This document shows, piece by piece, positions 29,807 through 39,927 of a stretch of DNA of 64,000 bases. A program made the translations under genes and the position numbers. Within the stretch, counting starts at the first letter, position 1, and each line of letters begins with the position of its first letter. The notes under the pieces were generated by a model that saw nothing but the letters and a program-made list of their open reading frames with translations, made no database searches and had not been told where the DNA came from. The stretch is from Chloroflexota bacterium (GTDB lineage: Bacteria; Chloroflexota; Dehalococcoidia; UBA2979): NCBI GenBank assembly GCA_947499615.1, contig CANMOP010000010.1, positions 2,306 through 66,305 of the forward strand. Reading direction: 5' to 3'.

Positions 29807-31027
29807 CTACAGCGTGACTCCGAGCGCCGCGGCGACGGTGCCCATGTCCTTGTCGCCACGCCCACTGAGGTTCAGCACCACCAGGTCGTTGCCGCCGAGA
29901 CCCGCGACAAGCTTCGGCAGGTATGCGACGGCATGCGAGGACTCGAGGGCCGGGATAATGCCCTCGGTGCCGCACAGCATCTGGAACCCCGCCAACGCCT
30001 CCACGTCCGTGATCGCGACATACTCGGCGCGCTCGCTGGTCTTCAACCACGAGTGCTCTGGGCCGACGCCCGGGTAGTCGAGCCCCGCCGAGATCGAGTG
30101 CGCCTCGATCAGCTGGCCATCGGCGTCCTGGAGCAGATACGAGCGCGCGCCGTGCAGTACGCCCGGACGGCCCTTGCTCAGCGTCGCGGCGTGTCGCGCC
30201 TCGAGGCCCTCGCCCGCCGCCTCGACCCCCACAAGCCGCACCGGATCGTCGAGGAACGCCGAGAACAGCCCCATCGCGTTCGAGCCACCGCCGACACACG
30301 CGATCGCGACCGTGGGAAGTCGCCCCTCGGCAGCAAGCACCTGCTCGCGCGCCTCGATGCCGATCACGGACTGGAACTCGCGCACCATCGCGGGATAGGG
30401 GTGCGGCCCCACGACGGAGCCAAGCAAGTAATAGGTGTCGCGGACGTTGGTGACCCAGTCGCGGATCGCCTCGTTGATTGCGTCCTTCAGCGTGCGTGAC
30501 CCGGCGTCGACGGGACGCACCTCGGCCCCGAGTAGCTTCATGCGGAAGACGTTCAGCGACTGGCGGCGGACATCCTCGGAGCCCATGTAGACGATGCACT
30601 GGAGCCCCAGCAGCGCGCACGCGGTTGCGGTGGCGACACCGTGTTGCCCGGCGCCGGTCTCCGCGACGATGCGTTGCTTGCCCATGCGGCGGGCGAGCAG
30701 CGCCTGCGCGAGCGCGGCGTTGATCTTGTGCGCGCCGGTGTGCGCAAGGTCCTCACGCTTCAGGTAGATCTTCGGGCCGCCCCGCGCGCCATTCGCCTCG
30801 GCGAGGTGTGCGGAGAGTCGTGCGGCGTAGGTCAGCGGCGTCGGCCGACCGACGTACGTGCGCAGCAGGTGGTCGAGCTCCCCGCGGAACGTCGGGTCGA
30901 GCATGGCCGCGTCGTACGCGGCTTCCAGCTCCGTCAGCGCCGGCATCAGCGTCTCGGGGACGTACTTGCCGCCGAACTCGCCGAAGTGCCCACGCTCGTC
31001 AGGCATCGGAGGGAGGGTGGTGGTCAT
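29807..31027 (-). CDS. trpB: Tryptophan synthase beta chain
   Basis: [22 protein letters not shown] and SGRGDKD motifs. Confidence 0.97.
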   Translation of the reverse strand: MTTTLPPMPDERGHFGEFGGKYVPETLMPALTELEAAYDAAMLDPTFRGELDHLLRTYVGRPTPLTYAARLSAHLAEANGARGGPKIYLKREDLAHTGAHKINAALAQALLARRMGKQRIVAETGAGQHGVATATACALLGLQCIVYMGSEDVRRQSLNVFRMKLLGAEVRPVDAGSRTLKDAINEAIRDWVTNVRDTYYLLGSVVGPHPYPAMVREFQSVIGIEAREQVLAAEGRLPTVAIACVGGGSNAMGLFSAFLDDPVRLVGVEAAGEGLEARHAATLSKGRPGVLHGARSYLLQDADGQLIEAHSISAGLDYPGVGPEHSWLKTSERAEYVAITDVEALAGFQMLCGTEGIIPALESSHAVAYLPKLVAGLGGNDLVVLNLSGRGDKDMGTVAAALGVTL

Positions 31028-31767
31028 CGTGCATCCGCCTCTCGCACGGCGCGGATGAAGGCGCGCACGCGGTCGTAGTCTTTGCGTCCATCAGTTTCCG
31101 TGCCGCTTGAGACATCAACGGCCCACGGGTGCACGGTGCGAATCGCCTCGCCGACGTTCTCCGGGTTCAGTCCGCCCGCAAGTAGCATCGGCACGCGCGA
31201 GGCAACCTCGCGAGCGACCTCCCAATCGAAGATGTGGCCGGTGCCGCCGCGATACGGCCCATGCGCGGTGTCCATCATTAGCGCCAGCGCGAACCCCGGC
31301 TGCACGAGCGTCATCGGGTCCGAGGGCGAGTCGAGCGGTGACACGTGCATCACCTGGATCACCTGCTTCGTCACCAGCAAGCAGTCCTCCCACGTCTCGT
31401 CGCCCGACAGTTGGACGAGGTCCAGTCCGACCTCCTCCGCAATCTCGTTCACTTCCTCGATCGGCTGGTCGGCGAAGATGCCGACGGTCAGCGGGCGCTT
31501 CGCCTCCAGGTACGTCTCCAGCACGCGCGAGCCGTGGCGGAACCACTCGCTCACCACCTCGCGGACGTGCGGCTGGGACGGAGGCGGCATCAGGAACTCG
31601 TGGCCCGAGAGCGGCCCGCCGAGGGCGCGTACCATCGCGTATGCCTCGTCCGGATCGACTTGGCGCGACGATTTCGCGAACACCATGCCGACGAAGTCCG
31701 CGCCCGCCTCGGCGGCAGCCAGTACATCGGCGGGAGTGCGGTTGCCGCATATCTTCACGAAGGTCAT
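31024..31767 (-). CDS. trpF: Phosphoribosylanthranilate isomerase
   Basis: [22 protein letters not shown] and DVSSG motifs. Confidence 0.93.
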   Translation of the reverse strand: MTFVKICGNRTPADVLAAAEAGADFVGMVFAKSSRQVDPDEAYAMVRALGGPLSGHEFLMPPPSQPHVREVVSEWFRHGSRVLETYLEAKRPLTVGIFADQPIEEVNEIAEEVGLDLVQLSGDETWEDCLLVTKQVIQVMHVSPLDSPSDPMTLVQPGFALALMMDTAHGPYRGGTGHIFDWEVAREVASRVPMLLAGGLNPENVGEAIRTVHPWAVDVSSGTETDGRKDYDRVRAFIRAVREADAR

Positions 31768-31777
31768 CTGTGGCGCA

Positions 31778-31815
31778 CCCCCACGCTAGCCTTCCCCCGC
31801 CAGCGGCGAGGGGGC
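31778..31815. repeat. REP-like palindromic element (copy A) supplying the trpC 3' end
   Basis: CCCCCAC...GAGGGGGC; 26/38 ungapped identity by eye to 43968-44005; encodes PSPLAGEG-stop. Confidence 0.5.
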
Positions 31816-32682
31816 TCCATCCGCTCTCAGCAGCAGCAACTCGTGCGCCTTCGCGGCGATCGTCTCGCTCAACATCAGCGCCTCGCCGACCAGCACCGCG
31901 CTCGCGCCAGCATCGGCCATGCGCCGGGCGTCTACCGCGAACTTGATCGCCGATTCCGCAACAAGCGTCGCGTGCGGCGTGATCAGCGGCGCCAGTCGCT
32001 CCGTCGTGCCGAGGTCTTCCGCGAACGTGCGGAGGTCGCGGTTGTTCACGCCGATCACCCGCGCACCGGCGGCCAGCGCAGCCGCCACCTCCGCCTCATC
32101 GTGCACCTCGACCAACGGCTCCATGCCCTCTGCGCGCGTCAGCGCGATGAGATCACGCAACGCGTCGGGCGTGAGCATCATCACGATCAGGAGCAGCGCA
32201 TCAGCGCCGTTCGCACGCGCCTCCAGCACCTGATACGGGTCGAAGATGAAGTCCTTGCGCAGCACCGCCGGACGGTCCGGGTCTTCCCGGAACGCGCAGC
32301 GCGCGGCGCGCAGATCGGCGACCGAGCCCCGAAACGACGTTGGCTCGGTGAGCACCGAGATTGCGGACGCTCCGGCCGCCGCATAGCGCAGCGCCTGTGC
32401 CTCGGCATCCAGATGCTCATCGAACAGTCCCTTGGACGGCGACGCGCGCTTGATCTCCGCAATCAGCCGCAGCCGCGCGCCAGCCGGAGCGGCGAGGCGC
32501 CCTTGGCGCAACCGCGCGACGAAGTCCACGCGCGCGCCCGGGAGTGAAGCCTCCAGCCCCGCGAATGCCGACTCCGGTGTCGCCGCGCGATCCTCGGCGA
32601 GGCGCAGCCGGCGGTCGGCGACGATGCGGTCGAGCACCGTCCCGGTCTCGCGTGCGCCATCGATGGCGATGTGCGCGGGCAT
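31786..32682 (-). CDS. trpC: Indole-3-glycerol phosphate synthase
   Basis: IAEIKRASPSKG, SVLTE, LRKDF, GVNNRDL and AES motifs; start uncertain (32682 or 32709). Confidence 0.95.
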   Translation of the reverse strand: MPAHIAIDGARETGTVLDRIVADRRLRLAEDRAATPESAFAGLEASLPGARVDFVARLRQGRLAAPAGARLRLIAEIKRASPSKGLFDEHLDAEAQALRYAAAGASAISVLTEPTSFRGSVADLRAARCAFREDPDRPAVLRKDFIFDPYQVLEARANGADALLLIVMMLTPDALRDLIALTRAEGMEPLVEVHDEAEVAAALAAGARVIGVNNRDLRTFAEDLGTTERLAPLITPHATLVAESAIKFAVDARRMADAGASAVLVGEALMLSETIAAKAHELLLLRADGAPSPLAGEG

Positions 32683-32701
32683 TGGGTCGGGCCGCGCCTG
32701 T

Positions 32702-33763
32702 TCAACCACGACGGCTCGCCTCCACAAACGCCCCCAGTCGCGCGGCCGCATCGCCGCTGTCCATCACCGTACGCGCCTGCTCGACGCCTTGCCGAATCGT
32801 CGAGGCAAGCCCCAGCACGTACAACCCGGCGCCCGCGTTCGCGGCCACGAAGTCCCGCACCGCAGGAGCGCCGTCGCCGGTGAAGATCTTGCGCATAGTC
32901 ACAGCGTTCTCCTGAGGGGTGCCGCCGGCCACCTCGGCCAGCGGATAAGTGGCCAGGCCGAGTTCATCCGGGGTGATGCGACGCTGCGTGACGGTCTCGC
33001 CGCGCACCTCGAAGGCGGTCGTCGGGCCTGAGACCGAGATCTCGTCCAGCCCCTCGTCGCCGCTCACCACCAGCGCGTGCCGCATCCCGAGCCGTGCGAG
33101 CACGTGCGCGAGTTTCTCGCCGATCGCCGCATTCGGCACGCCGAGCACCTGGCAGTTCGCATCCGCCGGGTTGGTCAGCGGACCAAGGATGTTGAACACG
33201 GTGCGCAGCCCGAGTTCACGTCGCAGCGGCGCCGCAAACTTCATCGCGGGATGGAACGCCTGCGCGAACATGAACCCGACGCCGGTCCGCTCGATGCAGT
33301 TCACGACTTGCTGTGGCGTGAGGGTGATGTCCGCGCCCAGCGCCTCCAGCACGTCGGCCGAGCCGGACTGCGAGGTGGCGGCGCGGTTGCCGTGTTTGGC
33401 GACCTTCCCGCCCGCCGCCGCGACGGCAAACGCCGCGGCAGTGGAGGCATTGAACGTGCGCAGCCCGTCGCCGCCGGTGCCGCACGTGTCGAGCAGCGGC
33501 CGCGAGGGAACCTCGACGCGCAGCGCGTGCGCGCGCATCACCTTTGCCATGCCGGTGATCTCGTCGACGGTCTCGCCCTTGAGTCGCAGCGCGACCATCA
33601 GCGCGCCGAACTGCGCGGCCGTCGCGCCGTCACCCATGATCTCTTCCATACAGGCGGCGGCCTCCGCCTCCGTGAGGTCGCGGTGATCATCGACGAGCGC
33701 GACGAGCGCTGCTCGCATCGCGGTGCCAGCCATTGGCGCGGGCGGCGTTGGCGCGTTGGTCAT
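32702..33763 (-). CDS. trpD: Anthranilate phosphoribosyltransferase
   Basis: [20 protein letters not shown] and GLDE motifs. Confidence 0.96.
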   Translation of the reverse strand: MTNAPTPPAPMAGTAMRAALVALVDDHRDLTEAEAAACMEEIMGDGATAAQFGALMVALRLKGETVDEITGMAKVMRAHALRVEVPSRPLLDTCGTGGDGLRTFNASTAAAFAVAAAGGKVAKHGNRAATSQSGSADVLEALGADITLTPQQVVNCIERTGVGFMFAQAFHPAMKFAAPLRRELGLRTVFNILGPLTNPADANCQVLGVPNAAIGEKLAHVLARLGMRHALVVSGDEGLDEISVSGPTTAFEVRGETVTQRRITPDELGLATYPLAEVAGGTPQENAVTMRKIFTGDGAPAVRDFVAANAGAGLYVLGLASTIRQGVEQARTVMDSGDAAARLGAFVEASRRG

Positions 33764-34353
33764 CGTGCGGCTCCGGCGGGCGCCCGGTTCGGCATGGCGA
33801 GGAAGTTGCGCAGCAGGTCGTGGCCGACGAGCGTCATGATCGACTCCGGGTGAAACTGCACGCCCTCAATGGCGTACTCGCGGTGGCGAACTCCCATGAT
33901 GACGCCGCTCTCCGACCGTGCGGAGACTTCCAGCACGTCCGGCACGGAGTCCGGCGCAATCGCCAGTGAATGATACCGAATCGCCTCGAATGGGTTCGGA
34001 AGGCCCGCGAACACCCCTCGGCCGTCATGCGTCACCATCGAGGTCTTGCCATGCATGATCTCGCCCGCGAACGTCACGGTGCCACCGAACGCCTGACCGA
34101 TCGACTGGTGACCCAGGCACACGCCGAGCAGCGGAACCTTCCCGGCCGCCGCCTTGATCAATTCGATCGAGATGCCCGCCTCGTCCGGCGAGCAGGGACC
34201 AGGCGAGATCACGATACGCTCCGGTGCCATCGCCAGGCAGTCCTGCACGCTCACCTGGTCGTTGCGAAACACCTCCACGTCCGCGCCAAGCTCGGCGAGG
34301 TACTGGTAGAGGTTGTATGTGAACGAGTCGTAATTATCGATGAGTAGCAGCAT
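33760..34353 (-). CDS. trpG: Anthranilate synthase component II (glutamine amidotransferase)
   Basis: [20 protein letters not shown] and QFHPES motifs. Confidence 0.95.
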   Translation of the reverse strand: MLLLIDNYDSFTYNLYQYLAELGADVEVFRNDQVSVQDCLAMAPERIVISPGPCSPDEAGISIELIKAAAGKVPLLGVCLGHQSIGQAFGGTVTFAGEIMHGKTSMVTHDGRGVFAGLPNPFEAIRYHSLAIAPDSVPDVLEVSARSESGVIMGVRHREYAIEGVQFHPESIMTLVGHDLLRNFLAMPNRAPAGAAR

Positions 34354-34375
34354 CGGTTCTCCTCACTCTTCCGAT

Positions 34376-35251
34376 TCAGAACGCTGCGGGGCGCATCCCG
34401 CGCAGTTGTGCGGTGTGTTCACGGTCATGGCGCGCGATCTCCTCGATGCAGTCACGGGCGGTCATGAACCCGCGCTCCGCGTGCGTACCAAAGGCCCGGA
34501 ACTGCTCCGGCATCAAGTTGCCGAGCAGGCGCATGGTCTCCGTCTGGCCACGCACCATCCGGTCGTGCACCTCGGCGGCGGACGGGCGAGCACGTAGCCG
34601 CCGGTCGGCCTCCGCCTGCGCCTCGTTGAACGGACGCCAACGGTGACCCGGCTGCTCAATCAGGCGCAGCGTCTCATCCATCGCGTAGCCCTCGTAGGCA
34701 GCGACGTGATGGAGCACGTCGACGGGGGCCCATGCGCCGTCCAGCGCGCGCTCCTGGCTGCGGCCGTCGATCGCCTCGAAGGCCGCGAGCAGTTCCTCGC
34801 GCGCCGCCAGCAGGTCGAGCACCAGCGCGTCGTGCGGGTCGCTCTCCGCTTCCGCTGCGCCGCCGAGCCATGCAGCCAGCTCCGGCAGCGCATCGATCGT
34901 CGAGAGCGCGGCAGGCTCCACCCAGCCGGCGTCATCGAAGTCGCGATCGCTATAGCGTGGCTCGCCGGTCCAGCCGAAGGCATCGAAGACGTTCACGACG
35001 ACATCGCCGTCAGGCGCGGGGATCAGCAGCGTCTCGGCGAACTCGATGCGTGTCGCGTCCAGGCGCAGCACGTCCCGCAGCAGCCGGGTGACGGCGGACT
35101 CCATCACCTCCTCCTCCGGGACATCGATGATCGGCACGCACCAGCGCCCGGCCGCAACCCCCGTGCGGTGGCGGACCAACAGCACGCTGCCGTCCTCCCG
35201 CGCGAGTCGAACACCGGCCGCCACGATGGTGGGGTGCGGAATGGTGGTCAC
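34376..35251 (-). CDS. Nudix-like plus DinB/YfiT-like two-domain protein
   Basis: N-terminal VLLVRH...W..P Nudix fold with a degenerate box; C-terminal W...DVLHH...E and HDREH DinB-type His motifs. Confidence 0.65.
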   Translation of the reverse strand: MTTIPHPTIVAAGVRLAREDGSVLLVRHRTGVAAGRWCVPIIDVPEEEVMESAVTRLLRDVLRLDATRIEFAETLLIPAPDGDVVVNVFDAFGWTGEPRYSDRDFDDAGWVEPAALSTIDALPELAAWLGGAAEAESDPHDALVLDLLAAREELLAAFEAIDGRSQERALDGAWAPVDVLHHVAAYEGYAMDETLRLIEQPGHRWRPFNEAQAEADRRLRARPSAAEVHDRMVRGQTETMRLLGNLMPEQFRAFGTHAERGFMTARDCIEEIARHDREHTAQLRGMRPAAF

Positions 35252-35266
35252 GGGTGGCTCACCATC

Positions 35267-36733
35267 TCAGTAGCCCAGGCTGCCGACGGCGCCCGTCGCC
35301 GCCGCCTCCGCAGCATCGATCGCCGCGAGCAATGCGCGCGCCTTGTGTTGGGTCTCCTCGAATTCCTTCACCGGCTCAGAGTCGTAGACGATGCCCGCGC
35401 CGGCCTGCACGTGCGCCTGACCGTGGCGCATCACCAGCGTGCGAATCGTGATGCACGTCTCCACGTTTCCCGAGAGGTCGAAGAAGCCGACCGCGCCTGC
35501 GTACGGGCCGCGCTGGTCCGGCTCCAGTTCCGCCACGATCTCCATCGCGCGGATCTTCGGCGCGCCGGACACCGTACCCGCGGGGAACGCCGATCGCAGC
35601 GCCTCATACGGACTGAGCCCCGCACGCAGCCGACCCTGCACGTGGCTCACGAGGTGAATCACGTGCGAATACGACTCAATGTCGAAACGCTGCGTCACCT
35701 CCACGCTGCCGGGCTCCGAGACTTTGCCGACGTCGTTACGGCCCAGGTCCAGCAGCATGACGTGCTCCGCCAGTTCCTTCGGGTCGTGCGCCAACTCATC
35801 GGCGAGCCGCGCGTCCTCCTCGGGCGTGGCGCCACGCGGGCGGGTGCCGGCGATCGGATGCACCTCGACCTTGCCCTCTTCCACCTTCACCAGCAGTTCC
35901 GGCGACGCACCCACGATGTAGGCATCGCCGAACTGGAGGTAGTACATGTACGGCGAGGGGTTGATCTGCCGCAGTGAGCGGTACACCTCGAACGGGTGCG
36001 CGCCGGTCGCACGGCTGAAGCGCTGCGAGAGCACGGCCTGCACGATGTCTCCGGCGCGGATGTAGTCCTTCGTCCGCTCCACCGCGATCAGGAAATCCTC
36101 CCGATCCCAGTTGGAGCGCACCGGCTGACCGATGGGACCATCGCACGGCTGGTATGGCAACGCCGCCAGCGGCTGTGCGAGGCGCTCCACCAGCTGCTCG
36201 ATCTTCGCGGCGGCCTGCGCATACGCGGCGTCGATGTCGCCATCCAGCCTCACGTGCGCCACGACTTTGATCTTGTGCTGCAGGTGGTCGAAGACCAACA
36301 ACGCATCGGTGAACATCAGCCACGACTCCGGCACGCCAAGCACGTCGCGGTCCGGTGCGGGCACGCGTGGCTCAAAGTGGCGCACCACCTCGTAGCCGAT
36401 GTAGCCGACGGCACCCCCGTGGAACCTCGGCAGCCCGGGCACGTCCACGGAGCGCATCCGGCCGAGCTCCGCCTCCACCTCGATCAGCGGATCGCCGTCG
36501 GCGTGGGCGCTCGCGGTCACGCGATAGGGCTCCGTGCCGATGAACGAGTAGCGCCCGACGCGCTCCCCGCCCTCCACGGACTCCAGTAGGAACGAGTACT
36601 CGCCGCGCGCGACCTTCAGGAACGCGGAAACCGGCGTCTCCAGGTCGGCTCGGACCTCGCGATAGATGGGGACGATGTTGCCGCGGCTCACCATGCCACG
36701 CACCGCATCGAGAGTTGGAAACAGTTCAGTCAT
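35267..36733 (-). CDS. trpE: Anthranilate synthase component I
   Basis: LLESVEG..RYS, NPSPYM, PIAGT, EHVMLLDLGRND and SGAPK motifs. Confidence 0.96.
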   Translation of the reverse strand: MTELFPTLDAVRGMVSRGNIVPIYREVRADLETPVSAFLKVARGEYSFLLESVEGGERVGRYSFIGTEPYRVTASAHADGDPLIEVEAELGRMRSVDVPGLPRFHGGAVGYIGYEVVRHFEPRVPAPDRDVLGVPESWLMFTDALLVFDHLQHKIKVVAHVRLDGDIDAAYAQAAAKIEQLVERLAQPLAALPYQPCDGPIGQPVRSNWDREDFLIAVERTKDYIRAGDIVQAVLSQRFSRATGAHPFEVYRSLRQINPSPYMYYLQFGDAYIVGASPELLVKVEEGKVEVHPIAGTRPRGATPEEDARLADELAHDPKELAEHVMLLDLGRNDVGKVSEPGSVEVTQRFDIESYSHVIHLVSHVQGRLRAGLSPYEALRSAFPAGTVSGAPKIRAMEIVAELEPDQRGPYAGAVGFFDLSGNVETCITIRTLVMRHGQAHVQAGAGIVYDSEPVKEFEETQHKARALLAAIDAAEAAATGAVGSLGY

Positions 36734-36867
36734 CTCGCACCACCAATCGAATCATGGGACCGCTGACCAGGGATGGCGTCGCGCCACTCGCACACGCGCC
36801 AGTCCACGCGCCACAGTTCCAGCGCTACGGTGCGCGCGGATCGCTGTGCGGTGCGGTTGCGTCTCAT
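36730..36867 (-). CDS. Putative Trp-rich leader peptide (45 aa) coupled to trpE
   Basis: MRRNRTAQRSARTVALELWRVDWRVCEWRDAIPGQRSHDSIGGAR; AAGGGA RBS 9 nt upstream; its TGA overlaps the trpE ATG. Confidence 0.5.
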   Translation of the reverse strand: MRRNRTAQRSARTVALELWRVDWRVCEWRDAIPGQRSHDSIGGAR

Positions 36868-36921
36868 GCCGTTCAATCCCTTCTCGGTTGCCCACCAACG
36901 ACTGACCACCCAGCGGTGATC

Positions 36922-36954
36922 AAAAAAGGACCATCGCCAATGGGGCGATGGTCC
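36922..36954 (-). terminator. T-box intrinsic terminator
   Basis: 11-bp stem GGACCATCGCC/GGCGATGGTCC followed by TTTTTT. Confidence 0.9.
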
Positions 36955-37285
36955 TCGCGGTGCCACCCATTATCGCGCGCGCCGTTGGGCGCACACGCTC
37001 GTCGCGGCACGACCGACGCGCGCTCTGACGAGGCGCGGACAGCGATGCCCTAGGCCTGGATAACGGCGCCCACACCGTCGACGCCTACTGACCACTCAAC
37101 GATGCGAGGGGCGTTCGGGCCGAGACTCCCGGGTCCATTCAGCCGCTGCTGTTGATGACTGGACGGCTCGCTTACGCGTACCGCCAGTGTCGGGCGCCGG
37201 GCTCGCACCTACCCCGGCTCTCTGCTTCCACCGGTGAACCGGCGGACCTGCCCCGCAACACGGCGTACTACTCCCGATCGACGTC
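36922..37285 (-). ncRNA. T-box riboswitch, Trp-specific
   Basis: Minus strand: AGTA, AGAGA box, GGTG box, specifier GAA-TGG-A (TGG at 37137-37135), GAAC/AGTA S-turn, CCGTTA, T-box AATGGGTGGCACCGCG (36971-36956); the UGGC bulge fits the tRNA-Trp G73 discriminator. Confidence 0.92.
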
Positions 37286-37312
37286 TGTATGTATTCGAAT
37301 TGACGTGTTTCG

Positions 37313-37342
37313 AGGCTACCCGCCGGTGGCAAGAGGTGTCAA
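37313..37342 (-). promoter_or_regulatory. Sigma70-type promoter of the trp leader
   Basis: TTGACA-N18-TAGCCT about 30 nt upstream of the T-box 5' end. Confidence 0.6.
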
Positions 37343-37557
37343 ACCTCGCGTCGATCCCACCACCGCTTCGCGGCGACGCCCGCCCAGATCGCCTCGACCA
37401 CCCCGAATGGCCACGCACCCTGCAGGAACCCGTACACCGACGACGCCGCACACGCGGCCGCGAAGGCCAGCACGTACCCGGCACCCCTCGATTCCAGCGC
37501 GTAGCAGAGCAGCATCGCGGACACCGCGAGCGCACCGAAGAGCGTCAGGCCATCCAT
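37339..37557 (-). CDS. Small membrane protein of unknown function
   Basis: 72 aa, three hydrophobic segments, YGFLQGAWPFGVVEAIW motif; follows gmk. Confidence 0.75.
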   Translation of the reverse strand: MDGLTLFGALAVSAMLLCYALESRGAGYVLAFAAACAASSVYGFLQGAWPFGVVEAIWAGVAAKRWWDRREV

Positions 37558-37563
37558 GGGCGG

Positions 37564-38223
37564 CTAGCTGGCCGATGTGCCGCGGCCGCGACGGGCGCGC
37601 TCGGCCTCGACGATCGACAGCACGTCCGTCGCAGCGGCGTCGAGGCCGCCGAAGACGTTGAGCACCACGTGGTCGAACTCGGCGATCGCCGCCAGCTCCG
37701 CTGGTGCGGCCGCGAGCCGTTGCGCGATCACTTCGTCGCGCTCGTTGCGGTGCCGCAGGAAGGCCTCGAGCGCTCGCAGTTGCTCATCGACGCTGGCCTC
37801 ACGCGGCGCTGGCACCATGAATACGGTGATGGCACCCGGGAGTAGCGGCCGCAGCGTGCGGCAGCCCTGCACGTCCACTCGCACGATGACATCCTGCCCT
37901 GTCGCCAGCACGCGTGGCCATTCCGACCGAGGCACGCCGTAGAGATTGCCGTAGACCTCGGCGTGCTCAAGCAGTTCGTCCGCCTCCAGGTGCGCAAGGA
38001 ACTGCTCGCGACTGACGAAATAGTAGTCGCGCCCCTCGACCTCGCCCGGTCGCGGTGGGCGCGTGGTCATCGTCACTGGCACGGCGAACGTCGCCCGCTT
38101 CCGGACACGCGCGATCACCGAGTCCTTGCCAACGCCGGACGGCCCCGACACAAGGATGATCACCGGCGAGTCCGCGCCGTCGGCCCCCGTGCCCGCGGGT
38201 TGAGGCGACACCGGCTCAGCCAT
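37564..38223 (-). CDS. gmk: Guanylate kinase
   Basis: SGPSGVGK, TTRPPRPGEVEGRDYYF and YGNLYG motifs. Confidence 0.93.
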   Translation of the reverse strand: MAEPVSPQPAGTGADGADSPVIILVSGPSGVGKDSVIARVRKRATFAVPVTMTTRPPRPGEVEGRDYYFVSREQFLAHLEADELLEHAEVYGNLYGVPRSEWPRVLATGQDVIVRVDVQGCRTLRPLLPGAITVFMVPAPREASVDEQLRALEAFLRHRNERDEVIAQRLAAAPAELAAIAEFDHVVLNVFGGLDAAATDVLSIVEAERARRGRGTSAS

Positions 38224-39250
38224 CGCGCCCGGCGGCGCGGGCGGTGCGCTCAGACTCGGCGATGCGCTCCTCGGAGCGCCGCGTGAGCTCTCGGGCGCGC
38301 TCGGCGAGCTGGCCGCCCATGAGTAGATCCATCATCGAGATGTCCCCGATGGTGTCGAACTGGTCGTCATCAACTTCGCGGCGACCGACGGCGCCAGCGC
38401 GGTACGCCGCGTACTGCATGTTCGATTCACTGATCGTACGGAACAGCTCCGCCTCGTGCTCCGTGTCCGCGATCTCCAGCTGCAGGAGGCGCAACTCCTC
38501 GCGGTACCGCTCAATCCAGTGGACGATCTGCGCGCGATTGGTGATCGCTATGTCATGCGCCATCACCGGCTCGGTGGCCGTGAGGCGTGTGGTGTCGCGA
38601 AACCCGCTGGACGCCAGCGCCGACAGCTCCGGCCACGCCTCCGAGGACCGCGCGAGGCGAAAGAGCCCTGTGGCGGCGACCAGCGGCAGGTGCGAGATGG
38701 CCGCGGCATATGCGTCATGCTCGTGCGCGTCCATGAACACGGGCTTGGCCCCCAGCATCTGCGCTAGCCCGACGACCACATCGACAGCGTCGGGCGGAAC
38801 CAGTGGGTCAGGTACGACGATCCAGCGCGCGTCCTGGAAGAGCGCCGCGTCCGCAGCCAGCGGCCCGGAATCCGTCTTCCCGGCCATCGGATGGCCCCCG
38901 ACGAACGCGGTGGTGTCCGGGAGCAGGGTTCGCCCCCAGTTGACGATGTCTGCCTTGGTGGAGCCGGTGTCGGTGACCACCGCGCCGGCTTCCAGCGCGG
39001 GAGCGATGACTTCCAGTACCTCGCGCATCGCCAGGATCGGGGTCGCGATGATCACGAGTGCGGCACCCTCGACAGCCGCGGCGAGATCGCGCTCCATGCG
39101 GTCCACGGCGTGCGTGCGCAGCGCCTGCTTCGCGTGGTCCAGGCTGCGCTCATGCCCAACGACTTCCAGGTCGCGTGGGCCATGCTTCTTCATCCCGAGG
39201 CCGATCGAAGCGCCAATCAGGCCGGTGCCAATAATGGTGACCCGAGGCAT
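38216..39250 (-). CDS. tyrA: Prephenate/arogenate dehydrogenase
   Basis: IGTGLIGASIG, DTGSTK, GGHPMAG, HD...A.ISHLP and GFRDTTR motifs. Confidence 0.92.
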   Translation of the reverse strand: MPRVTIIGTGLIGASIGLGMKKHGPRDLEVVGHERSLDHAKQALRTHAVDRMERDLAAAVEGAALVIIATPILAMREVLEVIAPALEAGAVVTDTGSTKADIVNWGRTLLPDTTAFVGGHPMAGKTDSGPLAADAALFQDARWIVVPDPLVPPDAVDVVVGLAQMLGAKPVFMDAHEHDAYAAAISHLPLVAATGLFRLARSSEAWPELSALASSGFRDTTRLTATEPVMAHDIAITNRAQIVHWIERYREELRLLQLEIADTEHEAELFRTISESNMQYAAYRAGAVGRREVDDDQFDTIGDISMMDLLMGGQLAERARELTRRSEERIAESERTARAAGRDG

Positions 39251-39372
39251 GCTGTCTCCCCCAACCCCAGTCCATGGGCGCGGCGCCCGCGCAGGTGCAC
39301 ACACCCAGTGTACCCATCCGATGCCGCGCTGCGAGCACCTAGTGCCAGCCCGCGCCAGTCAGCGTCGTGGCG

Positions 39373-39867
39373 TTATGTCGCTTCGTCTGCGGCAATGAGG
39401 CGTGACAGCTCCTCGTCGTCGTGTGGGGGGGCGGCTGTGTGGCGCTCGACGAGCTCTACCACGCGTGGCGAGCTGCCAGCGGCGCGCAGCAACGCCGCGC
39501 CAAGCGCCGCGTGATGCTCCAATCGCCAGAGGGCGCGACGGAAGCGCCCGCCACGCTCCGCCTCCAACCACCCACGCGCGCGATCCCCGAGGCCGCCGAG
39601 CAGCACGAAGACGATGCGATCCCAGACATGCACCGGCCCCTTCCCGACATCGTGCAATAACGCGGCCGTGAGCAAGGTGTCGCTGGCCTCCGGGCCGAGC
39701 CACAACGCGAGGTCGACGCTGTGGCGCTGATCGCCCGCCTGCATGGCGTCGAACAGCTCGCGTTCCGCCTCGCTCAGGCGGGCATGCACCAGCCCAATCT
39801 CGTGCGGGGCGAGCGTGGTGCGAAAGCCACGGAAGAACTGGCGCGCGCGATAGATCGCGGTCTTCAC
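39373..39867 (-). CDS. HD-domain phosphohydrolase-like protein
   Basis: QRHS...ALLHDVGK...H...GA...H...AD pattern. Confidence 0.8.
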   Translation of the reverse strand: MKTAIYRARQFFRGFRTTLAPHEIGLVHARLSEAERELFDAMQAGDQRHSVDLALWLGPEASDTLLTAALLHDVGKGPVHVWDRIVFVLLGGLGDRARGWLEAERGGRFRRALWRLEHHAALGAALLRAAGSSPRVVELVERHTAAPPHDDEELSRLIAADEAT

Positions 39868-39927
39868 GATGAGCGGTCGACTCGATCAGGGGCGGCGCAT
39901 CGGGGAGCGATGAGCATCGCGCGCGGC

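Noticed and set aside
27740-30499. 919-aa plus-strand ORF and other long alternative-frame ORFs (e.g. 21374-23416, 44769-46490)
   Set aside because: Shadow ORFs typical of high-GC DNA; they are Arg/Ala/Pro-rich, lack motifs and overlap clearly identified genes.
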